Below are positions 1 through 12,230 of a stretch of 64,000 bases of DNA, one piece after another. The stretch is from Mobula hypostoma. Its lineage: Eukaryota. Position 1 is the first letter of the stretch; every line of letters starts with the position of its first letter. The stretch lies in assembly GCF_963921235.1 (NCBI RefSeq), contig NC_086097.1, positions 246,700,001-246,764,000 on the forward strand. Reading direction: 5' to 3'. A program made the position numbers and the translations under genes. A model generated the notes under the pieces. It was not told the origin of the DNA, made no database searches, and saw only the letters and a list, made by a program, of their open reading frames with translations.

Positions 1-172
1 AGAGGCAGATACATTAGGGACATTTAATACACTCTTAGATAGGCACATGAATGGTAGTAAAATGGAGAGTTATGAAAGAGGGAAGGGTTAGGTTGATCTT
101 GGAGTAAGTTAAAAGGTCAGTATATCGTAGGCTGAAGTGCCAGTACTGTGCTGAGGTGTTCCATGTTCTATG
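1..172 (+). mobile_element. CR1 LINE 3' end fragment
   Basis: Matches the CR1 ORF2 end and 3'UTR seen in other copies here (e.g. 60220-60365), with a (tgttcta)-like tail. Confidence 0.7.
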
Positions 173-479
173 TTAATATTGACAGTGCTCATAGGCAACT
201 TTGACACTCCCATTCTAGCTTATATCATCACATATGTATTTGTGATCCCTCTTCATGAACTCTGTACTGAAGCCTTGATTAAACAACTTGATTCCCCTGC
301 AAACTGTATCATCATTTCATTTCACGCATCTTTCTAAAGACAGAAATGCAAGAAAAATGTAAGACCCTCTGCCTGTTGCTTCTTAAGAATCCAGAAAAGT
401 GATTTAAATCAATCCAAGAATATAATTTATAAATATAATGGTAAATAGAAATAAATAGAAGGAATCTAATCTGCAGATC

Positions 480-1019
480 TACAGTACTGTGCAAAAGTAT
501 TAAGCACATACATACAGCTAGGGTGCCTAAGAATTTTGTACTGTACTGTACTTGTCAACATGGAGTGGAAAGGAAGTTTGTAAATCAGGCGGGAGCAAAG
601 TATGTTGGAGACAGCAAGGGTGGAGTGCCATGAGAGGGGTGTGGGACAGATGGCAGAGAAAGAGTACTGGGGGAGGGTGGGGGAGGGGTGGTGTGGGTGC
701 CCTGAGACACTAGGCAAGGCTATTTGATTCCAAACAATCAGATAATTGATCATTACAGAATATCTCTTGAGTGCTTCCCGTTCTAGCCCTCTCCCTTCCC
801 CTTTTTCCAACCATAATTCCCCTCTCCCTGCCCCCCTCCCACTCTCAGTCCACAATAGAGACCCATATCCGAATCAGGTTTGCCATTACTCACATATGTT
901 ATGAGATTTGTATTTTTTTACAGCACCAGTACAATGCAATATATAAAATTACTACAGTACTGTGCAAAAGTCTTAGGCTCACTATATATATATGCCTAAG
1001 ACTTTTGCATAGCACTGTA
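480..1019. mobile_element. Composite non-autonomous element bounded by two Tc1-type TIR mini-hairpins
   Basis: TA-CAGTACTGTGCAAAAGT...ACTTTTGCA(C)AG(T)ACTG-TA-type imperfect hairpins at about 480-550 and 953-1019. They enclose a purine/pyrimidine-skewed segment and a LINE-tail-like segment. Confidence 0.6.
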
Positions 1020-1197
1020 TAAATACATAAATTTTTATAAATAGAAGGAACATAATCTATCATTTTCATTCTGAGATAGAACTAGTGCAAGTTACACCTA
1101 TCTCATTACATCAATATCAGTTATTTGTGGCCAGCAATTGTAATTGTGGCTAATGGGGTAAAACTGGGATTAAAATTAGATTAAAATGGTGTACATT

Positions 1198-1800
1198 TGT
1201 TAAAGATGAATCTGAATAAAACTCGGGAGACTAACTTCTTACAGTTACAACAGTTTATTGTGCACCCTCCTGCAGGAGTTTGAGACCCAGTTGTCAGAGG
1301 GAAGGCACTCAAGTACTGCCACCATCCAACAAGTGGGCCCACTCTCTCCAGTTACAGCCGTATATTTATACGTAGTAAGCTCCATACATTACTGTTGCAA
1401 GATGTCATTTGAACTAGTACGCCCACCAAGTCTTTTGGAGAGAAACTTAGTTACAGATAAGAGAGTCCGCTATATCAAGGCTTCATTACAGATGTATGTG
1501 CTGTCCAGTCCTTATCAGTTATTCCCTTTGCTAGGCCCTGACTTAATTACAGATGGATGTTCATTCCTGTCCTTATCAGTGAGTCCTCCTTCCCCTACTC
1601 AAACAAAGGTACAATGTACAATGTTATCAAACTCTCAATGTCTCTCTACAAACCAAGGGAGAACTAACATAAGCCGGTTTTAGCTAACTGCTGAAGACAA
1701 GAGTTTACCTCAGTTCAAAAATTCCTATTCAGTCCCAATTATTCTTTTAGCCAGAGGTTACATAGGTTCAAAATGATTTTTTTATATCCTCAATTCCTCA
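1198..1800 (-). mobile_element. Solo LTR (about 603 bp)
   Basis: TG...CA termini flanked by a 4-bp direct repeat CATT (1194-1197, 1801-1804). On the minus strand a TATA box (gtataaatata, about 1360-1371) is followed by AATAAA (about 1254-1259). Confidence 0.65.
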
Positions 1801-2646
1801 CATTTAATATATCTTATCTTGGAAAAAAAAACAATTCATGCCTCAACAACTCATATATGAAATCTGGCTGTGAATACTCACTGATCGTCTGGCAATATTG
1901 GTTTCCAAATCTAAACTCCCCTGGCACAAGGAGCACTGTAAATGTACACTTCACCCAGAATAAGGTTAGTTCCTGGAACTAAACATTCTGGGTGAAGTGC
2001 CCATCCAGCATTTCAAGCTGAGCTGAGACCCTTCATCAGGACACCTGAACTTCTGAATGGCAGTGTAGTTGATACAAAAACATGTTTAATTGTTGCTGTC
2101 CATTTCAGAAAATAAATTTTCTTCATTTTAATCGTCACTTTGGTCACCTTTAAAACAAAGCTTTCTTCGCAATAATTGCAGAAACAATATTGAAGTATTA
2201 TTGTAAACATGACAAAATCTGCAGATGCTGGAAATCCAGAGCAACTCACACAAAATGCTGGAGGAACCCAGCGGGTTAGGCAGCGTCAATGAAGAGGAAT
2301 AAACAGTCGATGTTTCATGCCGAGACCCATCATCAGCTTTACAGCACCAGCCTTCACCAATCAGGGTTCGTTTCCCACTGCTGCCTGTAAGTATGTTCAC
2401 CCCATGACCACATAGATTTCCTCTGGTGCTCCAGCTTCCTCCCATATTCCACAGACATACACTCAGAGCTAATAAGTTGTGGGCATGCTATAATGGCACC
2501 AGTTGCACGGCAACATTTTCATACTGCCCACCACAATTCTTGCTGATTTGATTTGATGCCAAAAATGACACATTTATCTGTACAGTATGTTTCAATGTAA
2601 AGTTTTCTTAATCTTTGAAATAAGAAGCTATTTTAAAATGACTTAC

Positions 2647-2697
2647 GTCTTTTATTATACGGACCCCATCAGGATTCTTCAGATTTACTGCTATACT
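2647..2697 (-). CDS. SUGCT: SUGCT coding exon (equivalent to exon 5), SIAVNLKNPDGVRIIKD
   Basis: 51-bp phase-0 exon with cttttctccacAG acceptor and GTAAGT donor. It continues NRNKK-SIAVN as in vertebrate SUGCT. It is not in the ORF track. Confidence 0.92.
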
Positions 2698-2789
2698 CTG
2701 TGGAGAAAAGGGATGATATCAAACATAACTTCATAACAATTTAGATCAACCATGTAAAATAATCAGTTACTAGTTTAAATGAGACAAAT

Positions 2790-3490
2790 AACCTCTGCTC
2801 TTCTAACTTTACACTTGTGATTGTGTGGTTAAGTACAGCTCCAAAGCCATATTTAAGTTTGCTGATGATGCCACTTTTGTTGGCTGAATCAAAGGTGGTG
2901 ACAAATCAGCATAGAGGAGGGAGACTGAAAATCTGTTAGAATGGTGTTGTAATAACAACCTCTCACTCAACGTCAGCGAAACCAAGGAGCTGATTATTGA
3001 CTACAGGAGGAAGAAGTCGGAGGTCCATGAGCCAGTCCTCGTTAGGGGATCAGAGGTGGAGAGGATTGGGAACTTGAAATTCCTTGGCATTATCATAACA
3101 GAGGATCTGTGCTGGGGCCAGCAAGTAACTGCCATCATAAAGAAGACGTGGCAGCACCTCTACTTACTTAGAAGTTTGCACAGATTCAGCATTTAATCCA
3201 AAATTTTGACAGACTTCTATAGATGCACAATAGAAAGTATCCTGACTAATTGCATCATAGTCTGGTATTCAAACACAAATGCCCTTCCCCTCCATTGCAC
3301 ACACCTACAAGGAACACTGCCACAAGAAAGCCGCATCCATCATCAAGGACCACTGATTCTAATGTAGTTCTCTATTTTTCATTGATTATATCATAGTTCT
3401 GTTCTGTGAATGCCTGCAAGAAAATTAACCTCAACGCAGTCTATGGTGACATATATGTACTTGGATAATGAATTTACTTTGAACTTTGAA
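2790..3490 (+). mobile_element. Rex/Babar-type LINE 3' fragment (RT C-terminus)
   Basis: Decayed KFADDATFVG.I...WC..NNLSLNVS.TKELI.DYR reading, ending in a (ttgaact) tail. Confidence 0.75.
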
Positions 3491-3792
3491 AAGTAGCTAA
3501 ACATTGGCTGGGGAGGGGTGGGGGGGGTGTGGTACAAGAGTTGCCAGTACAGCAGAATTGGTAAGACTCGCAAATTTCCATCTCTGACCATTGGAGAATT
3601 AGGTAGAGTATCGAACTACATATATGTCACCATACACAACGCTGAGATTAATTTTCTATCAGGCATTAGCAGTAAATACAAGAAAAGCAATAGCATCAAT
3701 GAATCACTGCAACCAACAGGACAGAAAAACAACCAATGTGCAAAGACAACAGTGTAAATACAAACGGAAAGAAAAGAAAAAGAAATAATAAT

Positions 3793-4620
3793 ATTGGTTG
3801 AATATCCCTTAGCCGAAATGCTTGGGGCTGGAAGTGTTTCGGATTTCAGATTTTTGGGTTCATCTGGTATGAAGCACGCAAACCATCACTGTTTTGGTCT
3901 GAAGTGCTATTGCTGAAAGCTTTCATGAAATGACTGAAAATAAGCCAAATTCTTGTTTGCTTTATCAGAGTTTATTCTCTTAAACGTTCAAAGTGCCTGA
4001 ACAATTTTATTGCCTCATTTGAAAAAACTTTAACACACACAAACACACTGGCTGCTGTTGGTAGCTTGGTGCTCGTCTAAAGCCATATTTCAGATCCTCC
4101 ACACTATACCGCCTACAATTCTTTTTCTTTTGTTCTGCTTCTGCATTTTTCACTATGGATTAACAACCACGGTCCATATTGGCTAATTTGAAACTTCTCT
4201 GCTTTATTTTAGATTTCCAGCTACAGCAGTATTTTGCTTTTCAAAACAACATTGTTTCTCTCTATGAAGATACTGGCTACCTTGCAACCTAAGAAACTGA
4301 TTTTGTAGTGCTGTCATCAGTCACTGATTAATAATGAATTGTATTGTAGAATGTTTTTGAGCTACTGAGAAGTCTTGGCAATATGGCCAGCCCCCATATT
4401 CATTGGCCTCAGTAGCTGACACAGTAATTACTGTGCTACCATGAGGTCACACTAGATGGCACTGCAACTCTTGCATCCTTTAAACAGGTTCAGTTACCCC
4501 TTACTGCTTGGGGCCAGAAGTGTTTCAAATTTCAGATCTTTTTCCAGTTTGTAATATATAATGAGATAACTTGGGATTGCCATCATTTCCGACTCTGAAT
4601 TTATGTGCTACCAGTAAGCA
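3793..4620. mobile_element. Tigger4/Zombi-like TcMar termini and fragments
   Basis: Two copies of a Tigger4-like terminus, GGTTGAATATCCCTTAGCCGAAATGCTTGGGG..GGAAGTGTTTCGGATTTCAGA at about 3795 and a more decayed copy at about 4485. Recognised from memory of the consensus. Confidence 0.55.
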
Positions 4621-4649
4621 GTCTTTGTCATAGACTTGTTCACCATACA

Positions 4650-6172
4650 TACAGAAACATAGAAAATAGGTGCAGGAGTAGGCCATTAGGCCCTTCGAGC
4701 CCACACCACCATTCAGTACGATCACGGCTGATCATCCAACTCAGAACCTTGTACCTTGCCTTCTCTCCATACCCCCAATCCCTTTAGCCACAAGGGCCAT
4801 ATCTAATTCCCTCTTAAATATAGCCAATGAACTGGCCTCAACTGTTTCCTGTGGCAGAGAATTCCACAGATTCACCACTCTCTGTGTGAAGAAGTTTTTC
4901 CTCATCTCGGTCCTAAAAGGCTTCCCCTTTATCCTCAAACTGTGACCCCTCGTTCTGGACTTGCCAACATTGGTAACAATCTTCCTGAATCTAGCCTAGA
5001 ATTTTATACGTTTCAATAAGATCCCCCCTCAGTCTTCTAAATTCCAGTGAGTATAAGCCTAGTTGATCCAGTCTTTCATCATATGAAAGTCCTGCCATCC
5101 CAGTAATCAATCTGGTGAACCTTCTTTGTACTCCCTCTATGGCAAGAATGTCTTTCCTCAGATTAAGGGACCAAAACTGCACACAATACTCCAGGTGTGG
5201 TCTCACCAAGGCCTTGTACAACTGCAGTAGTACCTCCCTGCTCCTGTACTCGAATCCTCTTGCTATGAATGCCAGCATACCATTCGCCTTTTCCCGCCTG
5301 CTGTACCTGCATGCCCACTTTCAATGACTGGTGTACAATGACACCCAGGTCTCGTTGCACCTCCCCTTTTCCTAATCAGCCACCATTCAGATAACAATCT
5401 GTTTTCCTGTTCTTGCCACCAAAGTGGATAACCTCACATTTATCCACATTAAATTGGATCTGCCATGAATTTGCCCACTCACCTAACCTATCCAAGTCAC
5501 CCAGCATCCTCCTCACAGTTAACGCTGCCGCCCAGCTTCGTGTCATCCACAAACTTGGAGATGCTGCATTTAATTCCCTCGTTTAAGTCATTAATATATA
5601 TTGTAAACAACTGGGGTCCCAGCACTGAGCCTTGCGGTAACCCACCAGTCACTGCCTGCCATTCTGAAAAGATCCCATTTATTCCCACTCTTTGCTTCCT
5701 GTCTGCCAATCAATTCTCTATCCACATCAATACCATACCCCCAATACCGTGTGCTTTACGTTTGCACACTAATCTCCTGTGTGGGACCTTGTCAAAAGCC
5801 TTTTGAAAATCCAAATATACCACATCCACTGGTTCTCCCCTATCCACTCTGCTAGTTACATCCTCAAAAAATTCTATAATATTCGTCAGACATGATTTTC
5901 CTTTCACAAATCCATGCTGACTTTGTCTGATGATTTCAAAGTTGCTGGTGAACGCAGCAGGTCAGGCAGCATCCACAGGAAGAGGTACAGTCGACGTTTT
6001 GGGCCGAGACCCTTCCTACCTCTTCCTATAGATGCTGCCTGACCTGCTGCATTCACCAGCAACTTTGATGTGTGTTGCTTGAAATTCCAGCATCTGCAGA
6101 ATTCCTCGTGTTGTCCGATGATTTCACCACTTTCCAAATGTGCTTATTATCACATCTTTGATAACTGACTCT
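4650..6172 (-). mobile_element. CR1 LINE, 5'-truncated and frameshifted ORF2 (RT)
   Basis: ORFs with [31 protein letters not shown] and RPHLEYCVQFW, plus the 3'UTR and (acatagaa) tail. Confidence 0.92.
5939..6110. mobile_element. Fold-back mini-insertion made of Penelope terminal repeat, inside CR1
   Basis: Inverted arms of the Penelope repeat, flanked by a 16-bp TSD TTGTC(T/C)GATGATTTCA (5923-5938, 6111-6126). Confidence 0.85.
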
Positions 6173-6174
6173 AC

Positions 6175-6420
6175 TTATCAGTTGTATATGTATTGGTGCA
6201 GCCTTTCAGCGTGTTAGATTTTCATCAGTGATGACCTTGGCAAACTCATCAATTAATTTCTCTGCTCCTTCATGATCAACAGACTACAAATCTTTTAAAA
6301 TTTTGTCATGCGTTTTCTTAAATTTCTTCAACATGCTAAATAATCGCCAGCACTTTCAATCTTCAGTTTGTTGTGATCGATCTTTGCTTGTTTCATAATC
6401 ATCATACCGTTAAACATATG
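6175..6420 (-). pseudogene. Tigger/Jerky-like transposase fragment
   Basis: The minus strand reads ...SVDHEGAEKLIDEFAKVITDENL..., which resembles the CENP-B HTH-to-DDE linker of Tigger transposases. Confidence 0.6.
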
Positions 6421-6424
6421 GTTT

Positions 6425-7472
6425 CCTTTCTGTCGTCATCAATGATGCCCTCACCCGCATCTCCTCCATTTCCCGCACTTCGGCCCTCACCCCATCCTCC
6501 CGCCACCACAACAGGGACAGAGTTCCCCTTGTCCTCACCTACCAGCCCACCAGCCTCCGGATCCAGCACCTTATCCTCCGCAACTTCCACCTCCTTCAAC
6601 AGGACCCCACCACTCAGCACACCTTTCCCTCTCCACCCCCTCCGCGACTCCCTGATCCACACGTCCCTCCCCACGGATCTCCCACCTGGCACTTATCCCT
6701 GTAAGCGCAAGAGCTACACCTGTCCCTACACCTCCTTTCTTGCCACCATTCAGGGCCCCAAACAGTCCTTACAGGTGAGGCAACACTTCACTTGTGAGTC
6801 TGTTGGGGTCATCTATTGCATCTGGTGCTCCCGGTGCGGCCTCCTCTACATCGGTGAAACCCAAAACAGATTTGGGGACCACTTCGTCAAGCACCTCCAC
6901 TCTGTCTGCCACAACAGACAGGATCTCCCGGTTGCCACCCACTTCAACTCTGCTTCCCATTCCCATTCCTCTACTGCCATGATGAGGCTAAACTCAGGTT
7001 GGAGGAGCAACACCTCATATACCGTCTAGGTAGTCTCCAGCCTCTTGGTATGAACACAGAATTCTTCAACTTCTGGTAACTCCCTCCCCCTCCCTTCCCC
7101 TATCCCTATTTCACTTTGCCCCTTTCCCCAGCTGCCTATCACCTCCCTCTTGGTTCCGCCTCCTTCTACCACCCATTGTATTTTCCCCTATTCCTTCTTC
7201 ACCTTTCCTGCTTATCACTTCCCTGCTTCCCCTCCCCCACCCCTTCATCTTTCCCCTTACTGGTTTTTCACCTGGAACCTACCAGCCTTCTCCTTCCCAC
7301 CCTCCCCCCACCTTCTTTATAGGGCCTCTGCCCCTTCCCTCTTCAATCCTGACAAAGGGTTCCGGCCCGAAACGGTGACTGATCATTTCCACAGATGCTG
7401 CCCAACCTGCTGAGTTCCTCCAGCGCATTGTGAGTGTTGCTTTGACCCCAGCATCTGCAGAGTATTTTCTGT
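6425..7472 (+). mobile_element. Penelope-like element 3' part (GIY-YIG endonuclease plus terminal repeat)
   Basis: PGTYPC...C...HFTCESVGVIYCIWCSRCGLLYIGET...H is a PLE GIY-YIG domain. It is followed by a pyrimidine tract and the terminal repeat. Confidence 0.9.
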
Positions 7473-7607
7473 TTACCGTTAAACGGTATATGTTCACACC
7501 GATGCTAATGAATCCACTCTTCCAATACACGATCAAGATCTTCATTTTCGCTTTATACAGTGTATAACATTTCTTAAACTTCTGGCTTAATTTCCCTCCA
7601 TATCCAA

Positions 7608-8240
7608 AAAACAAAAGAGCTGATTGTGGATTACAGGAGGAATGGAGACAGGCTCGCCCCAATCAACATCAATGGGACTGCAGTTGAGAGGGTGAGTAGT
7701 TTCAAGTTCCTCGGTATACACACCACCGAAGATCTCACCTTGACTGTACACACCAGCTGTGTGGCAAAAAAAACACAGCAGCGAATCTTCCACCTCAGGC
7801 AACTGAAAAAGTTCGGCATGAGCCCCCAAATCTTCAAGACCTTCTATAGGGGCACTATTGAGAGCATCCTGACTGGTTTGTAACACCGCCTGGAATGGGA
7901 ACTGCACCAACGTTTATCGTTGAGCACTGCAGAGAGTGGTACGGACAGCCCAGAGCATCTGTGGATGTGAACTTCCCTCCACTGAGGATATTTACAGCAG
8001 TAAGTGCAGAAAGAAGGCCTAGAAGATCATCAGGGACACCAGTCACCCCACCCATAAACCATTCCAGATGCTTCTGTCCGGCAAATGGTACCGCAGCATT
8101 AAAACCAGGACCAACAGGCTATGGGACAGCTTCTTTCTACAAACCATTAGACTTATAAATTCACATTGCAACAGAGTCATAACGCAAAGATTTTTACTCC
8201 CTCACATTGTGGGATGGATGTAACATCTAAATAAGTTCAA
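7608..8240 (+). mobile_element. Rex/Babar-type LINE 3' fragment
   Basis: DYRR...ININGTAVERVSSFKFLGIH.TEDL...KKTQQRIFHLRQLKKF...FYRGTIESILT. Confidence 0.85.
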
Positions 8241-8529
8241 CATACAAATTAAGGTGACGCTACCAAAGACATGCAACAACTTACTGCCAATTTGAAAGTA
8301 AAGGAATTCAACTAAAACCATTATTAATAACATTGTGGATACTATAGAGAGAATGCAGAAGAGATTTACAAGGATGTTGCCTGGATTGGAGGGTGTAACT
8401 TATGAGAATAGGTTGAGTGAACTTGGCCTTTTCTCCTTGGAGCGACGGAGGATGAGAGATACCTGATAAAGGTGTATAAGATGATGAGAGGCTGAAATGT
8501 CTAATACCAGGGGGCATAGCTTTAAGGTC

Positions 8530-9401
8530 CCTGATCTGGGCCGACAATTACGTGTCTGCAGCACCTAATTAATTAGCATGTTTATTTCGACTTTTTTCTT
8601 AAAGATGTGCTGTGTGCCTCCCAGCTACCTTTGCATTCTCCGCGAATCGGTATCTGTCCATGGCCTGGGGGTTGGGGTGGCGGGACAATGGGGTGTCATC
8701 TCATCGCCTGTTTCCATTAAAGCAGGCAGCTCATCTTCTCCTATGACTGCCCGCCCCGATGTCGAAGGTCGAGGTTCGTCGTCTGCTGTGGCTGATGTGG
8801 AAGGCTTGCTTGACTGCTGAGCCTCACGTATTTTTCTATCACACAGTTCTTTAATAAGGACTCAAACCATCCTGCAAATATCCCCTAAACCGACGTACCC
8901 TTTCAAAATTAAAGTCGTACTTTATCATTACTCATTCGGTTTCAATTGTTATCCTTTTTTCTTCCAATTGCATCAGCTCTTCATCTGTCAGTTCTTGGTG
9001 ATGGGATGCCAAAACCTCTTCAACATCATCTTCGTCAACTTCCACAAGCCAAACTCACATTGTCCTTACTTCGTTCACCACGATCAAAATGCTTAATTAT
9101 GTCTAGTTTTACCGTAAGTGTAACACCCTTACGAGCTCTTTCAGGCTTTTCCGATACCATAAAACTCATCCTGCAAACGGCTGCTCACAGGCTCGTGTTT
9201 AAGCAATGCCGGCGAGAATCCAGGGGAGAGCGGCTGCTCGGGGCGTGCTGCCTCTTATCGCGCGCTGATTTTTTATCACGCGCTGAATTTTTTTTGGTAA
9301 CAGTGAAAACACCTTCTGAAAGCGAAAATAGGATATTAATGTAGGTCTTTCGTAACAGTGAGGTTTCGTAAAGCGAACGTTCGAAAAGCGGGGGACACCT
9401 G
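8530..9401 (-). mobile_element. Tigger-like DNA transposon remnant
   Basis: Terminus CAGGTGTCCCCCGCTTTTCGAACG next to a TA. The minus strand has a psq-HTH-like remnant, RKGVTLTVKLDIIKHFDRGERSKD. Confidence 0.6.
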
Positions 9402-11607
9402 TATCTATTTTCTCAAATAAATGTCACATAATTCTGTTTCAATTATCACTGGCTACAAGATAGAGCAATTTTAATGCCAAACATTAATGTGGAGTAAACC
9501 TTCAAAACCAGGGATCCCCAACCTTTTTTGCACTGCGGACCGGTTTATTATTGACAATATTCTTGCGGACCGGCCAACCAGGGGCCAACCGATTCATGGT
9601 GAAGTCTTCAAGAGTAAGCCCTAAGGAAAATTCTGGAGCTGGAGTCCCTAAGACAGTCCTACGTTGAGTTTAACGCTGACTAGCAACTTCTGCAATGCCA
9701 GTGGTGCCAAACTGTATTAGCCTCTGGGTTCATCAGATGCCTGCAGAATGGCAGCTTACAAAATGGCCAACAGTTTGCTCTCCATATCGTACTGCCCAGG
9801 GTTGCAAATCTAGACAGCTAGGTTGCAATATCCATGGTCATCTCTAACTGACGAAGGTCTCAAAATCCACAAGACCATAATACCATAAGACATGGGAGCA
9901 GAATTAGGCCATTCAGCCCACCGAGTCTGCTCCATCATGACTGACCCTGGATCCCACTCAACCCCATATACCTACCTTTTTGCCATATCCTTTGATGTTC
10001 TGACCAATCTGGAAGCTATCAACTTCCGCCTTAAACATACGTACGGACTTGCCCTCTACCGCAATCTGCGGCAGAGCATTCCACAGATTCACTACTTTCT
10101 GGCTAAAAAAATTCCTTCTTAGCTCTATTCTAAAATGTCACCCATCAACTTTGAGGCTGTGATCTCTAGTTCTGGATACTCCCACCACAGGAAACATTCT
10201 CTCCACATCCACCCTATCTCATCCTTTCAACATTTGGTAGGTTTCAATGAGATCCACTATGTTCTTCTAAATGGCAGTGAGTACAGACCCAAAGCTACCA
10301 AACACTCCTCATATGTTAACTCCTTCATTCCTGGGATCATCCTCGTGAGCCTCCTCTGGACTCTGTCCATAGACAACACATCCTTTCTCAGATATGGAAG
10401 CCAAAACTGTTGACAATACTCTTAAGTACTGCCTGACTAGTGTCTTATAAAGGCTGAACATTACTTCCTTGCTTTTATATTCTATTCCCCTTGAAATAAA
10501 TGACAACATTGCATTTGCCTTCTTTATCACAGACTCAACCTGTAAATTAACCTTTTGGGAGTCCTGCAGAAGGACTCTTAAGTCCCTCTGCACCTCTGAT
10601 GTTTGAATTTTCTCGCCATTTAGATAATAGTCTGCACCATTGTTCCTCTTACCAAAACGCATTAGCATACATTTCCCAACACTGTATTCCATCTGCCATT
10701 TTCTTGCCCATTCTTCCAATTTGTCTAAGTCCTGCTGCAATCACATTGCTTCCTCGGCACTACCTACCCTTTCACCTATCTTTGTATCATCCGCAAACTT
10801 TGCCACAAAGCCATCAATTCCATTACCCAAATCACTGACAAACAAATTGAAAAGTAGCGGTCCCAATACTGACCCCTGTGGAACACCACTAGTTACTGGC
10901 AGCCAACCAGAAAAGGCCCCTTTTTTTCCCACTCGCTGCCTCCTGCCTATCAACCATTCCGCTATCCATGCCAGTATATTTCTTGTAACGCCACAGGATT
11001 TTATCTTGTTAGGCAACCTTATGTATGGCAACTTATCAAATACCTTCTGAAAATCCAAGTAAATAACATCCATGCTTGTTACTTGTTCGAAGAAATCTTA
11101 CAGATTTATCAGGCAAGATTTCCCTTTACAGCAACCATGCTGACTTTGACTTATTTTATCATTGGTCTCCATGTACCCCGAAACCTCATCCTTAATAACA
11201 TTTTCCCAGCTACTGAGGTTAGGCTAACTGGCCTATAATTTCATTTCTTTTGCCTTCCACCCTTCTTGAAAGTGATTCTTGAAAAATCATGACCAATGTA
11301 TCTGTTATCTCTTCAGCAACTTCTCTCAGGTCTCTGGGATGTAGTCCATCTGGTCCAGCTGACTTACCCACCTTAAGACCTTTGAGTTTGCCTAGAAGTT
11401 TTTCCTTTGGCACTCACTCCTGCTCCCTGACAGTCACGGACATCTGGCACATTGCTAGTATCTTCCACAGTGAAGACAGATGAAAAGTAGTAAGTTCATC
11501 TGCCATTTCTTTGTCCCCCACTACTTCCTCACAGCATAATTTTCCAGTGGTCCAATATCAACTCACAAATCCCTATTACTTTTTATATAACTGAAATAAC
11601 TTTTGGT

Positions 11608-12230
11608 ATGATATGATTATGAAGACACGTAGTCCTCTTTTATTGTCATTTAGTAATACATGCATTAAGAAGTGATACATTATTTTCTCCGGTGTGATAT
11701 CACAAAACACAGGACAAACCAAGACTGAAAAAACTGACAAAACCACATAATTATAACATATAGTTACAAACAGTGTAACAATACCATAACTTGACGAAGA
11801 AGTCCGTGAGCACAGTAAAGTTCAAAGTTTCTCAAATGTCCCACATCTCACGCAGACGGGAGAAGAAAGAAAAACTCTCCCTGCCATGCCAACCACAATC
11901 CGACTCTGAGTCATCCGAAAACTACGAGCTCTGATCAGCTCTCCGACACCGAGTACTGAGCGCCATCTCTGTCCGAACGATTTGACTTCCTTCTCGGTCG
12001 CCAAAAGCAGGCAAGGCCGGGGATTTTGAGGCCTACCCTCCGAAAGATTCCCGACCACACAGTAATGACAGCAGCCGACGGGCCTTTCAGAAATTTCTCC
12101 AGATGTTCCTCTGTGCTTCCACGTCCATTCTCCATCAAATCAGAACTGTCCACAGCCCCTATTTAACAGATACGATATCATTTTTCACCGGAGGGCTGAG
12201 CACATGCAGGCGCGCTGCCATCTTCTCCTC
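11608..12230 (-). mobile_element. Non-autonomous retroelement (5' GAAGATGGC, 3' AATAAA plus short tandem tail) inserted in CR1
   Basis: It interrupts CR1 sequence. On the minus strand it starts GAGGAGAAGATGGCAGCGCGC and ends AATAAAAGAGGAC...CATAATCATATCAT. No coding similarity. Confidence 0.55.
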
